From Myxococcota bacterium (GTDB taxonomy: Bacteria > Myxococcota > Myxococcia > Myxococcales > Myxococcaceae): a stretch of 64,000 nt of DNA. The stretch covers positions 1-64,000 of the forward strand of contig JBMORE010000135.1 of assembly GCA_049322255.1 (NCBI GenBank). The letters run 5' to 3'. The notes under the pieces were generated by a model. That model saw nothing but the letters and a program-made list of their open reading frames with translations, was not told the origin of the DNA and ran no database searches. The stretch's first letter is position 1; each line of letters starts with the position of its first letter. Of the stretch, positions 38,733 through 47,630 are shown piece by piece. A program made the translations under genes and the position numbers.

Positions 38733-39446
38733 ATGGCCGCCCCCGAGCTGTCGATCGTCATTCCGGTCTACAACGAGGCGTCGATCGTCGCTTCGGCGGC
38801 GGAGGAGCTCGTGCAGGGTCTGCAAGCGCGGGGGCTGGACTACGAGGTCGTCTTCGCCGAGAACGGCTCGACCGACTCCACCCCGCAGATTCTCGAAGGG
38901 TTGTGCGCGAAGAACCCGCGCCTGCGTTGGTTTCACAGTCAGACGCCCAACTACGGCAGCGCGCTCAAGCGGGGCATTCTCGAGGCGCGCGGCACCTGGG
39001 TGGTGTGCGACGAAATCGACCTGTGCGACCTGGTGTTCTACGACGCGGCGTTGCCGATTCTGCGCCGCGGCGAGGCCGATCTGGTGGTGGGCTCGAAGGC
39101 CGCCAAGGGCGCCAGCGACCGGCGCCCTTACGTCCGGCGGCTGGCGACGCGGTTGCACAACAAGCTGCTCAAGGTGACGCTCGGCTTTCGCGGCACCGAC
39201 ACCCACGGCCTCAAGGCTTTTCACCGCGAGCGGCTGTTGCCGGTGGTCGACAAGTGCGTGGTGGATATGGATGTGTTCGCCAGCGAATTCGTGGTGCGCG
39301 CTTGGCGCGATGGGCTTCGGGTGGTGGAGATTCCCATTCAGCTCCACGAGAAGCGCCAGCCCTCGATTCATCTCTTTCGCCGCGTGCCCAACGTGCTCAA
39401 GAACGTGGGCAAGTTGGTGTACGTGATTCGCATTCGCGGGGAGTAG
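38733..39446 (+). CDS. Glycosyltransferase family 2 (DPM1-like)
   Basis: LSIVIPVYNE, ENGSTD, NYGSALKRG, DLVVGS, DTHGLKAF. Confidence 0.85.
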   Translation: MAAPELSIVIPVYNEASIVASAAEELVQGLQARGLDYEVVFAENGSTDSTPQILEGLCAKNPRLRWFHSQTPNYGSALKRGILEARGTWVVCDEIDLCDLVFYDAALPILRRGEADLVVGSKAAKGASDRRPYVRRLATRLHNKLLKVTLGFRGTDTHGLKAFHRERLLPVVDKCVVDMDVFASEFVVRAWRDGLRVVEIPIQLHEKRQPSIHLFRRVPNVLKNVGKLVYVIRIRGE

Positions 39447-39448
39447 GA

Positions 39449-40429
39449 ATGCGCCTGGCGGCGATCTCGGTCGACCTCGATTCGCTGCCGCACTACTGCC
39501 GCATCCACGGCCTGCCCGAGGGCTTGCTCGACGAGCGCGCCCGGAGGTTGGTGTATTCGGTCGCGCTGGAGCGCTACGGCGAGCTTTTTTCCCAGCTCTC
39601 CGCCCCCGCCACCTACTTCGCCATCGGAGAGGACTTGGAGGACGAAGCGGCCTTTTCCGCTCTTCGTGCGGCGAGCGCGGCCGGGGTGGAAATCGCCAGC
39701 CACAGCTACCACCACGATTACGCGCTCTCGCGGCGGCCAGAGGCAGAGATCTCCACCGATCTTCGTCGGGCGCATGAAGCCATTGTTCGCGCGGTGGGGA
39801 AAGCGCCGGTGGGGTTTCGCGCCCCCGGGTACACGCTCTCGAGGGAGCTGCTCTCGGCGGTGCGCAAGCGGGGCTACCGCTACGACTCCTCGGTCTTTCC
39901 TGCCGCGCCCTATTACTTGGCCAAGGCGGCGGTGATGGGCCTGTTGCGGGCGGCCGGTCGCCCTTCACGGGCGATTCTCGACAGCCCGAGGGTGCTGGGA
40001 GCGCCGCGGCGACCCTACTTTCCCGACGAGACCAACCCCTACCGTGAGGGGCAGGGGCAGGGGCTCCTCGAGCTGCCGGTGGCCGTCACCCCGGGGGTGC
40101 GCTTCCCTTTCATCGGCACCTTCGCGGTGTCACTGCCGCGTGCGGCGGTGCGCACGTTCTACCGGCAGCTGCGGGGCGAGCCCTTCTTCAACTTCGAGCT
40201 GCACGCCATCGACGTGCTCGATGCTGGCGACGGCGTGCCCCCGGCGCTGGCGCGGCATCAGCGCGACCTGAACGTGCCTTGGGCGCGAAAGATGACCCGG
40301 TTACGCGAGGTGTTTTCTTGGCTCTCCGACGACTTCGAGCTGGTGACGTTGTCGGCGGCGGCCGAGCGGCTGGTGTCCCGCGCCACCCTTGGGGATTTTC
40401 GGGGCGGCTCCTACAATCCCGCAGGATAG
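39449..40429 (+). CDS. Polysaccharide deacetylase family protein (CE4-like)
   Basis: ISVDLD, ATYF, EIASHSYHH, GFRAPGY, YDSS, ELPV; ATG at 39449. Confidence 0.85.
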   Translation: MRLAAISVDLDSLPHYCRIHGLPEGLLDERARRLVYSVALERYGELFSQLSAPATYFAIGEDLEDEAAFSALRAASAAGVEIASHSYHHDYALSRRPEAEISTDLRRAHEAIVRAVGKAPVGFRAPGYTLSRELLSAVRKRGYRYDSSVFPAAPYYLAKAAVMGLLRAAGRPSRAILDSPRVLGAPRRPYFPDETNPYREGQGQGLLELPVAVTPGVRFPFIGTFAVSLPRAAVRTFYRQLRGEPFFNFELHAIDVLDAGDGVPPALARHQRDLNVPWARKMTRLREVFSWLSDDFELVTLSAAAERLVSRATLGDFRGGSYNPAG

Positions 40430-42049
40430 ATGGCTCAAGGCTCCAGGCTGGGGAAGTACCGCGTCGTCAGCCTCCTGGCCAGCGGAGGAATGGGAGAGGT
40501 CTTCCTCGCGCGCCAGGAGGGGCCTGCCGGGTTCGCCAAGACGGTGGTGGTGAAAAAAATCCTCCGCCACCTGGCCTCGGATCAGAGCTTCATCGACATG
40601 TTCGTGAACGAGGCGCGGCTCGCGGCGCTGCTCACGCACCACAACATCGCGCAGATTTTCGAGCTGGGGCAAGAGGACGACACCTGGTTCATCGCCATGG
40701 AGTACGTCCACGGCAAAAGCCTGAGGGCGATTCGACAGCGGCTGTCCGAGAAGGGGCAGCGCATGCCGGCGAACCTGGCGGCCAGGCTGTGCGCACAGGC
40801 CCTCACCGGGCTGCACCACGCGCACGGGCTCGCCGACGAGCACGGACAGCCGTTGGGCATCGTCCACCGCGACATCAGCCCCGACAACCTGTTGGTCAGC
40901 TTCGCGGGGGTGGTGAAGGTGGTGGACTTCGGCATCGCCAAGGCGATGGCGCGCTCGAAGACCACGCACGCGGGCACGCTCAAGGGCAAGTACCTCTACA
41001 TGGCACCCGAGCAGCTGCTCGCCTCGGGCCGGGCCGACCCGCGCACCGATGTCTATGCCGTCGGGGTGCTGCTCTACGAGCTCGTCACCGGGCTGCTCCC
41101 CTTCGACTCGGGCTCGGTGCAGGAGAAACTCGACAGTCTGCACCGGGGCGTCGCCGAGGCGCCCATCGCGCGCGACCCCAGCGTGCCCCAAACGCTCAGC
41201 GACATCGTGATGCGCGCCTTGGCCAGCGAGCAGGACCAGCGCTTTGCCTCCGCGGAGGAGATGGCCAACGCGCTGGAGTCCTTCCTTCAGGCCTCGGCGC
41301 AGCCCACCCCGGCTTCTCGGGTGGCGCAGTTCTTAAAAGAGCTGTTCCCCGAAGACGCGCAGGTCAGCCCGATGGTGGCGGGCGAGCCGCTGGGAGGAGA
41401 GTCCCCGGGCCCGATGGGCACCGCGGTCATCGAGCCAAACGCTCCTGTATCTGATGCGCAGACGCAGCTCATCGCCCGCGACGCCTCCTTCCGTTCGCGC
41501 TCCCCGCAGCCAATGACCCACGAAGAGCCACCGGCTGCACCACGGTCTTCGCGCTGGCCCACGTGGGTGGTTGCCTTCGCCGCCGTCGGCGTGCTCGTGG
41601 TCGCTGCCGGCGGGTGGTTGATGCGGCCCAGAAAGCCTGTGCCCCCCGCCAAGGTGGAGCTTGCTCCCCTGACGCTCCTCGTGGAACAGACCGACGCGGG
41701 CGCGGCGTTGCCGGTGGCCGTTCCACCGGTCGACCTCACCGTCGCCTCCCCCCCCGCAGATGCGGGCGCTTCTCCCGTCGAAGTGCGCGCCACTCCGGTG
41801 AGGGTGCGAAAGAAGCCCAAGCCGGGGAGGGTGACGGTGCGGGTCAACCCCTGGGCGGAGGTGTTCTACGAGGGAAAAAGGCTGGGCATCACCCCGATGC
41901 CGGCGGTGGAGGTGCCCGCGGGAGTGGCCACCTTCACCTTGCGCAACAAGGAGCTCAAGGTCACGCGGAAGGTGAGCGTGCGGGTGCCCGCCGGGGGCGT
42001 GGTGGTGCTCAAGGCCGACCTCTTCGACAAGAAGAAGAAGTCGATGTAG
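40430..42049 (+). CDS. Membrane Ser/Thr protein kinase with PEGA-like C-terminus
   Basis: LASGGMGEVF, HRDISPDN, DFGIAK, YMAPEQ; TM; VNPWAEVFYEGKRLGITP. Confidence 0.92.
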   Translation: MAQGSRLGKYRVVSLLASGGMGEVFLARQEGPAGFAKTVVVKKILRHLASDQSFIDMFVNEARLAALLTHHNIAQIFELGQEDDTWFIAMEYVHGKSLRAIRQRLSEKGQRMPANLAARLCAQALTGLHHAHGLADEHGQPLGIVHRDISPDNLLVSFAGVVKVVDFGIAKAMARSKTTHAGTLKGKYLYMAPEQLLASGRADPRTDVYAVGVLLYELVTGLLPFDSGSVQEKLDSLHRGVAEAPIARDPSVPQTLSDIVMRALASEQDQRFASAEEMANALESFLQASAQPTPASRVAQFLKELFPEDAQVSPMVAGEPLGGESPGPMGTAVIEPNAPVSDAQTQLIARDASFRSRSPQPMTHEEPPAAPRSSRWPTWVVAFAAVGVLVVAAGGWLMRPRKPVPPAKVELAPLTLLVEQTDAGAALPVAVPPVDLTVASPPADAGASPVEVRATPVRVRKKPKPGRVTVRVNPWAEVFYEGKRLGITPMPAVEVPAGVATFTLRNKELKVTRKVSVRVPAGGVVVLKADLFDKKKKSM

Positions 42050-42052
42050 CCG

Positions 42053-42742
42053 CTATTCGAATACCAGCGTCAGCACGGTAGCGGCGGCGGCGGTGAGGGC
42101 GACGCCGTAGGCGACGTTGGCCCAGGTGGCGTAGGCGCGGGCGCGGTCTGACAGCACCACCCCGTCGGATTCGAAGTGGGCGGCGTTGGCCAGCTGCTCG
42201 AAGGTTTGGGCGCGAAGCCCGAGCAACACTCCCGCTCCGACACCCGCGACCGCCACGCTGCCGAAGGCGATCGGTGCCACGCGGCGCTTCGACGGCGGCG
42301 AGGCCACCACCTCAGGCGGGATGTCTTGCGGTACCAGGGTGGGCTCCTCGGGCTTCAGTGGCGCGTCGGCCGTTTTCGCCAGGTCGGGCTTGGGCACCCG
42401 TCTTCGCACCCGGCGAAACATCTCCACGATTTTCGGGCTGGTGTAGGGGGGCAGCTGGGCGTGGTAGTCGATTTGCAGCGCGACCTGGAAGCGGTCTTCG
42501 GCGTCTTTGGGGCGACCGAGGTTGAACAGGCACAAGCCGGCGTACAGCTCGATCTCCAACAGCTCCTCGGGGGTGCTCTTCCACTGGGGCGCCAGCTCCA
42601 GGCGGGCGACGCACTTTTCGAACTCGAGGTTTTTGAACAGAAGCTTGGCCTGCGTAAGGAAGGGGTTGGGGCCCTCCTGGGCGAGCGCTGACGTCGCCAG
42701 CAAGAAAACGACCGCCACGGGTGCCCACCGCCACTTCGTCAT
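42053..42742 (-). CDS. Secreted TPR-like protein with hydrophobic C-terminus
   Basis: Signal peptide MTKWRW...ALAQ, one TPR-like unit, SPKI motif, C-terminal hydrophobic segments; start uncertain. Confidence 0.65.
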   Translation of the reverse strand: MTKWRWAPVAVVFLLATSALAQEGPNPFLTQAKLLFKNLEFEKCVARLELAPQWKSTPEELLEIELYAGLCLFNLGRPKDAEDRFQVALQIDYHAQLPPYTSPKIVEMFRRVRRRVPKPDLAKTADAPLKPEEPTLVPQDIPPEVVASPPSKRRVAPIAFGSVAVAGVGAGVLLGLRAQTFEQLANAAHFESDGVVLSDRARAYATWANVAYGVALTAAAATVLTLVFE

Positions 42743-42828
42743 TCGCGCCAAAGCATAGAGGATGCGGCGCACGCGCGTCAGTGGGCGGTGCGCGAGGACT
42801 GTCCTCCTCGTCATTCGTGGTCGCGTGC

Positions 42829-44337
42829 TCACTCTTCCGGCAGCCGCCAGGTCAGCGGGCTGGTGCTCGTATGCAGCGAGGTGATGACCACGGTCTTCTT
42901 GCGCCGTTCGCCTGAGGGAGTGGTCAGCTCGATGGTGTGCGAGCCCACCGGGAGCTCGAGGGTCATGGGCGCGTGCCCGCGGCTGGAACCATCGACGAAT
43001 ACCTCACGTCGGTGGGCCCCCACGCCGCCGACCACCAGCACTCCCGTCGCGGTGCGCGTGCGCGAGCGTTCGCGTCGCTTCTTCGGCGCCGCTGGTTCGG
43101 CCACCGGGGTGACTTCGAGCGCGCCGGAGACGTCGCTTGGGGTGGTTGGCTCGTCCACCTCTGGCGTGCTTCGTTCCGCCCCCGGCGAGGAGCCGGCCAT
43201 CGGCGGCGAGCTCGACGACCCGGCCACCCGAGCCACCACCGCAAAGGCGAGCAGGGCGAGAGCGCCGACAGCGACCGACGCTTTCTTTCGCCATCTTCGA
43301 GGGGCGAGCTCCGTCGCGACTTCCTCGGCCCGCGGGCTCCGCTCAGCCGCGGTCGAGCGGGCGGGTGGTTGTTCCTCGGAAAGGAGGCGCGTTGGCTGGT
43401 TGGCAGCATTCGGAGCCGCCGCCGGGACGGGTGGCTTGGTCGCGGCGCGCAGGTCAAGCATGTATTGCTGCAGCAACGTCTTCGCGTCGAGCTCCACGCG
43501 CGCGTACAGGGCCCGGCCGCAGGCCTGGGCGAACGCGGCAGCGCTCTCGAAGCGGTCGTGCTTGGAGCGCCGCACCGCCCGGCGGACGATGTCTCGCACG
43601 TCTGGCTCGAGCGAAGGGTCGAGGGGAAGCTCGATGCCGGCGAGCAGGTCGGTGAGGCGATTCTCTCCCGCGAGCGGGCTGTGGCCTTCTGAGACGAGGG
43701 TGTGCAGCACGCAGCCCAGCGCGAAGACGTCGGTGCGCGGGTCGATGTCGCCTGCCACCGCTTGCTCGGGGGCCATGTACGCCGGCTTGCCCTTGGCGAC
43801 CCCCGTCACGGTGCGCTCGAGCCGCCCGTGGGCGAAGGCGATGCCGAAGTCCGAGAGCTTTACGTCGCCCGCCCACGACACGAGGATGTTGGCGGGCGTG
43901 ACGTCGCGGTGAACGATGGAGAGCTTCTCACCACCCTTTCCGCGCGCCTGGTGGGCATGGTGGAGCGCGTGCGCGACCTCGGTGCAGATGTGCAAAGCAA
44001 GGCCCACCGGCAAGGGCTTAGACGCCTCGAGGGACAGGCTGAGTAGATCATGCGCGTCGAGGCCGTCGACGTACTCCAACACCTGAAAGGGAGCTCCATC
44101 GGCGAGGCCGAAGTCGAGCACCGCCACGATGTTGGCATGGTGGAGCTGGCTGGCGATTTTCGCCTCGTCGAGGAACATGCGCGCGAAAGACGCTCCTCGC
44201 CCTTCGGCGTCGACCATCCGCTTGATGGCCACCCGGCGATGAAAGCCCTGTTCCCCCGTCACCTCCGCTTCCCACACTTCGCCCATGCCGCCTGACGCGA
44301 CGCGGCGGAGGAGGCGGTAGCGGCCCAGCGAATGCAC
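42829..44337 (-). CDS. Membrane Ser/Thr protein kinase with PEGA-like C-terminus
   Basis: VASGGMGEVW, VAIK, HRDVTPAN, DFGIA, YMAPEQ; TM; VFVDG..RGHAP...LPVGSH. Confidence 0.9.
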   Translation of the reverse strand: MHSLGRYRLLRRVASGGMGEVWEAEVTGEQGFHRRVAIKRMVDAEGRGASFARMFLDEAKIASQLHHANIVAVLDFGLADGAPFQVLEYVDGLDAHDLLSLSLEASKPLPVGLALHICTEVAHALHHAHQARGKGGEKLSIVHRDVTPANILVSWAGDVKLSDFGIAFAHGRLERTVTGVAKGKPAYMAPEQAVAGDIDPRTDVFALGCVLHTLVSEGHSPLAGENRLTDLLAGIELPLDPSLEPDVRDIVRRAVRRSKHDRFESAAAFAQACGRALYARVELDAKTLLQQYMLDLRAATKPPVPAAAPNAANQPTRLLSEEQPPARSTAAERSPRAEEVATELAPRRWRKKASVAVGALALLAFAVVARVAGSSSSPPMAGSSPGAERSTPEVDEPTTPSDVSGALEVTPVAEPAAPKKRRERSRTRTATGVLVVGGVGAHRREVFVDGSSRGHAPMTLELPVGSHTIELTTPSGERRKKTVVITSLHTSTSPLTWRLPEE

Positions 44338-44409
44338 GCTGGGAAACTATACAGCTCAGGGCGTGCTTGGTCCTAAGGTGCGCCCAGCCAAAAGAGTGCG
44401 GAGGAAACG

Positions 44410-45522
44410 ATGGCTCGACGAGTGGCGCTGGGGGTGCTGGTCGTCTCGCTGTGCGCTCAGGCTCAGCCCCTTGCGGTCACCGTCGTGGTTCAAGGCGATT
44501 CCCAAGGGGCGGCACGGGAGGCCATCGCTCGCACCAGCCTGCCTGTCGAGCTGCGGTTCGCGGACGCGCCTAACGAGCTTGCGCCGCCCCGCGCGGTCTC
44601 TGACGCCGACGTACGATTGGCCCTGGCGCGCGCGGCCTACGTCGACGCGGAGTTCACCCGCTGCCTGTCCCAGCTCGAGCCCGATTCGCTGATTTCCGAC
44701 GCCTTGGGCCAGTGGCAAAGGACGCAGGCAGCGCGGGTGCTCCTGTGGAGGTCAGCCTGCTACGTGGGCGCTGGGCGTAGGGAAGCGGCGCAGAAGGCGG
44801 CGCGCGAGATGGGGGCGCTCTCCTTGGAGATGCCGCCCGACGCCGGGGCGGTGACGCCTGAAGTCGAAGCCGTCGTGGCGCGGGCGCTCAAGGCGGCGGC
44901 CGGTGCCGAAGGCGCGTCGATTCGCATCGAGAGTAAAGTCGCGGCGACGGTCTCGCTCGACGGGCGGCGTGACGTTTGCAGCACACCCTGCACTTTGCGC
45001 GTAGTGGCTGGCATGCACGTGGTGCGGATCGACGCCGACGGGTTCGAGCCCGACGTGCGCATGGTGCGGGTCGCCCGCGAAGACGCGGCCGTCGAATTTC
45101 AGCTGGCGCTCGCGCCTCCCGAGCTGGCCGCGTCGCAGTGGGCCGAGCGGTATGCTCGGTCGCGTGAGGTCGACTCGGCACGGTCGGTGCGCCTGTTGGC
45201 CACCGCGCTCAGGGCTCCCCGCCTCCTCTTGGTGACGGCGGAGCGCGAATCGAGCGGGGCGAGGTTGCGCGGCGTCCTGTCGGTCGACGGCGAGGTGGCC
45301 GTGCGCAGCGAGCGATCGGGCGAGGTCGACCCCGAGACGGAGGCGCTGGTGCGTGACCTCTTGGTGCGTGGCCAGGTGGTCGAGCCTGCGCCGCCCCTGT
45401 ACCGGCGGGCGGGCTTTTGGATCTCGGTAGGCGTCGCAGCAGCCGCGGCCGCCGCGGGTACTGCGGCGGTGCTGAACCGACGCGTCGTCACTCAAGTGAC
45501 GCTCGCCAAGGAGGGCCCGTGA
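44410..45522 (+). CDS. PEGA domain-containing exported protein
   Basis: Signal peptide, VSLDG..VCSTP..LRVVAGMHVVRI..DGF, C-terminal PPLYRRAGFW plus hydrophobic segment. Confidence 0.75.
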   Translation: MARRVALGVLVVSLCAQAQPLAVTVVVQGDSQGAAREAIARTSLPVELRFADAPNELAPPRAVSDADVRLALARAAYVDAEFTRCLSQLEPDSLISDALGQWQRTQAARVLLWRSACYVGAGRREAAQKAAREMGALSLEMPPDAGAVTPEVEAVVARALKAAAGAEGASIRIESKVAATVSLDGRRDVCSTPCTLRVVAGMHVVRIDADGFEPDVRMVRVAREDAAVEFQLALAPPELAASQWAERYARSREVDSARSVRLLATALRAPRLLLVTAERESSGARLRGVLSVDGEVAVRSERSGEVDPETEALVRDLLVRGQVVEPAPPLYRRAGFWISVGVAAAAAAAGTAAVLNRRVVTQVTLAKEGP

Positions 45523-46154
45523 GACGAATGGTGCTGGCCGTGGTGATGTGCCTTTGGGGTTGTGTCGAGACGCGGTCGGTGGGCTTGAATTTCGGCGAAG
45601 CAGGCGAGGGGCTCGACGGCTTTTTGTGCAAGGACGGTTCGGGGAAGTTGCTCCTCGAGCGCCTCGGGGATGGCGGCTCCGCTCGGCCGGCCAGCCTGGT
45701 GTTCGACTTCGTCCGCCTCGGCGGTGTGCCCGGGTGTCGTTCGGGCCAGCTCATTCGTTGGTGCGCGGCCCACGAGTGCGTTCCCATCGCACAGGCACGA
45801 GCCTGCCTCACCGTCGAGCTGCCCTCCGGGGGCGACGAGCGATCAAGCCTCAGAGCAGCGCTCAGCGAGGGCCTGCGCTCGCTCGAGGGCCAAAGCGTCA
45901 TCGGCGACGCTCCCGACGAGTTCGTCATCGTGCGTATGGTGGGCACCACCCAGAGCTGCGAGGCGCTCACACCGTCGGCTGGCGGAGCTCTCCCGTCCTT
46001 CGAGCGTTCAGCGCTCGTGGGCTGCGCCTACAGCTGTCCGGTGTTGCTCGATCGGGCCGAGCAGGAGGTTTACCTGGGCTTTGAAACACTCACCGAACAG
46101 TGCGAGCAGGGCGTGAACATCTGTGCCGACGACCAGCTTCATTGGCAACCGTAG
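45519..46154 (+). CDS. Cys-rich lipoprotein, hypothetical
   Basis: GTG at 45519 overlapping the upstream stop; lipobox LWGC; many Cys. Confidence 0.65.
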   Translation: MRRMVLAVVMCLWGCVETRSVGLNFGEAGEGLDGFLCKDGSGKLLLERLGDGGSARPASLVFDFVRLGGVPGCRSGQLIRWCAAHECVPIAQARACLTVELPSGGDERSSLRAALSEGLRSLEGQSVIGDAPDEFVIVRMVGTTQSCEALTPSAGGALPSFERSALVGCAYSCPVLLDRAEQEVYLGFETLTEQCEQGVNICADDQLHWQP

Positions 46155-46162
46155 CCTGTGCG

Positions 46163-47458
46163 TCACTTCAAGCCGTGGCGGGCGAGCAGCTCGATGAGGT
46201 GGGAGCGGTCCATGCGGGCCAGGCGCGCGGCGTGAGAAACGTTGCCTTTTGCGCGCTTCATCAGCTGACGCAAAAAGCTCGATTCGAAATCCTGGAGCAC
46301 CGCCGCGCGCGCCTGGCGGTAGGTCAGCTCGGTGGCGGGTGATGAGCCAGCTTTGCGTACGGGCGTGTCCTGCTCCAATTCAGGCGGCCCGCCCATGGCC
46401 AGCACCGACTCGACCACGTTTCTGAGCTCGCGCACGTTCCCCGGCCAATGGTGGGCGCGGAGCTGGTCCATCGCGTCTTTGGAGACGACCGCCGCCACTT
46501 CTCCGTCGTGACCTGCTTCGCGGAGGAAGTGCTCCACCAGAGTGGGAATGTCGTCGGTCCGCTCGCGCAGCGCAGGGACCTCGATCTTCACTACCGCCAG
46601 GCGGTAGTACAGGTCGAGGCGGAAGGAGCCCGCGTTGACCTCGGCGCGCAAATCGCGGTGCGTGGCCGATACCACCCGCACGTCGACCGAAAGCTCGTCG
46701 GTGCCCCCGACGCGGCGAAAACGACGGCGCTCGAGCACACCCAAAAGCACCGCTTGGAGCGCGCCCGGTAGCTCGCCAATCTCGTCGAGGAAGACGGTGC
46801 CTGAGTGCGCCCGCTCGAAGGCTCCGGCATGACGCCGGTCGGCTCCGGTGAACGCCCCTTTCTCGTGGCCGAACAGCTCGCTGGCGACCACCCCCGGCGC
46901 CAGGGAACCACAGTCGACGGTGATGAACGGGCGGCCCGAGCGCGGGCCCTGCTCGTGCAGCGCTTTGGCGATCAGCTCCTTGCCGGTGCCCGACTCGCCG
47001 ACGAGCAGCACCGGGGCGTCGGCGCGCGAGGCCTTGCGCACCCTGGCCATCAAGTGGCGCATCGCCGGCGTCCTGCCCTTGAGCTCACCCAAGGAATCAC
47101 CCTCGATGAGCTCGAGGCTCGCGGTGCCGCCCTCGCCAATCTTCAGGGAGGTGTGGCCGAGCTGAACCACCGTGCCCGGTGTCACTGAGGCGCGTTCGAG
47201 GCGCACCTGACCCATGGCGGTGCCGTTGGTCGAACCCAGGTCGCGCACCATCACCCGGTCGCCCCGGCAGCACAGCTCGAGGTGGTAGCGCGACACGGTG
47301 GGGTCGCTCAGCTCGACATCGTTGTCCGAGGCCGAGCCCACGGTGAGCCGGTCGGTCTTCGAGGTGAAGGAGCGGCCCTGGTCGGGGCCGGCGACGACCT
47401 CCACCGAGAGGGTGCGAACCGGAAGGCCGGCGGTTTTCACATCGAGGGTCGAAGTCAT
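46163..47458 (-). CDS. FHA-domain sigma54-dependent enhancer-binding protein
   Basis: FHA (VGS..DND..L.DPTVSRYH...DLGSTNGT), GESGTGKE, GAFTGA, FLDEIGE, WPGNVRELRN, Fis-type HTH; ATG at 47458. Confidence 0.94.
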   Translation of the reverse strand: MTSTLDVKTAGLPVRTLSVEVVAGPDQGRSFTSKTDRLTVGSASDNDVELSDPTVSRYHLELCCRGDRVMVRDLGSTNGTAMGQVRLERASVTPGTVVQLGHTSLKIGEGGTASLELIEGDSLGELKGRTPAMRHLMARVRKASRADAPVLLVGESGTGKELIAKALHEQGPRSGRPFITVDCGSLAPGVVASELFGHEKGAFTGADRRHAGAFERAHSGTVFLDEIGELPGALQAVLLGVLERRRFRRVGGTDELSVDVRVVSATHRDLRAEVNAGSFRLDLYYRLAVVKIEVPALRERTDDIPTLVEHFLREAGHDGEVAAVVSKDAMDQLRAHHWPGNVRELRNVVESVLAMGGPPELEQDTPVRKAGSSPATELTYRQARAAVLQDFESSFLRQLMKRAKGNVSHAARLARMDRSHLIELLARHGLK

Positions 47459-47484
47459 CGGACTTTCTCGCCTGGTCTTTTCGG

Positions 47485-47526
47485 TTGTCGGCTGGAGCCG
47501 ACAGATTGTCGGGGGGAGCCGACGAC
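47485..47526. promoter_or_regulatory. Candidate EBP upstream activating sequence: two 21-bp tandem palindromic units
   Basis: TTGTCGGCTGGAGCCGACAGA / TTGTCGGGGGGAGCCGACGAC; junction palindrome CCGACA-GAT-TGTCGG (47498-47512). Confidence 0.6.
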
Positions 47527-47577
47527 GGGGCGTCGCCGCAGCGCCCTCTGCCCCCGCGCCTCCTGTTCGAATCCTTT

Positions 47578-47592
47578 CGGTACGCATCTTGC
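47578..47592 (+). promoter_or_regulatory. sigma54 (-24/-12) promoter for the diheme lipoprotein gene
   Basis: CGGTACG-CATC-TTGC, exact GG-N10-GC spacing, ~40 bp before a GGAGG-preceded ATG at 47631. Confidence 0.72.
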
Positions 47593-47630
47593 CAAGCGCA
47601 AGGAGGGCCCACCACCCCTTCGGAGGACAC

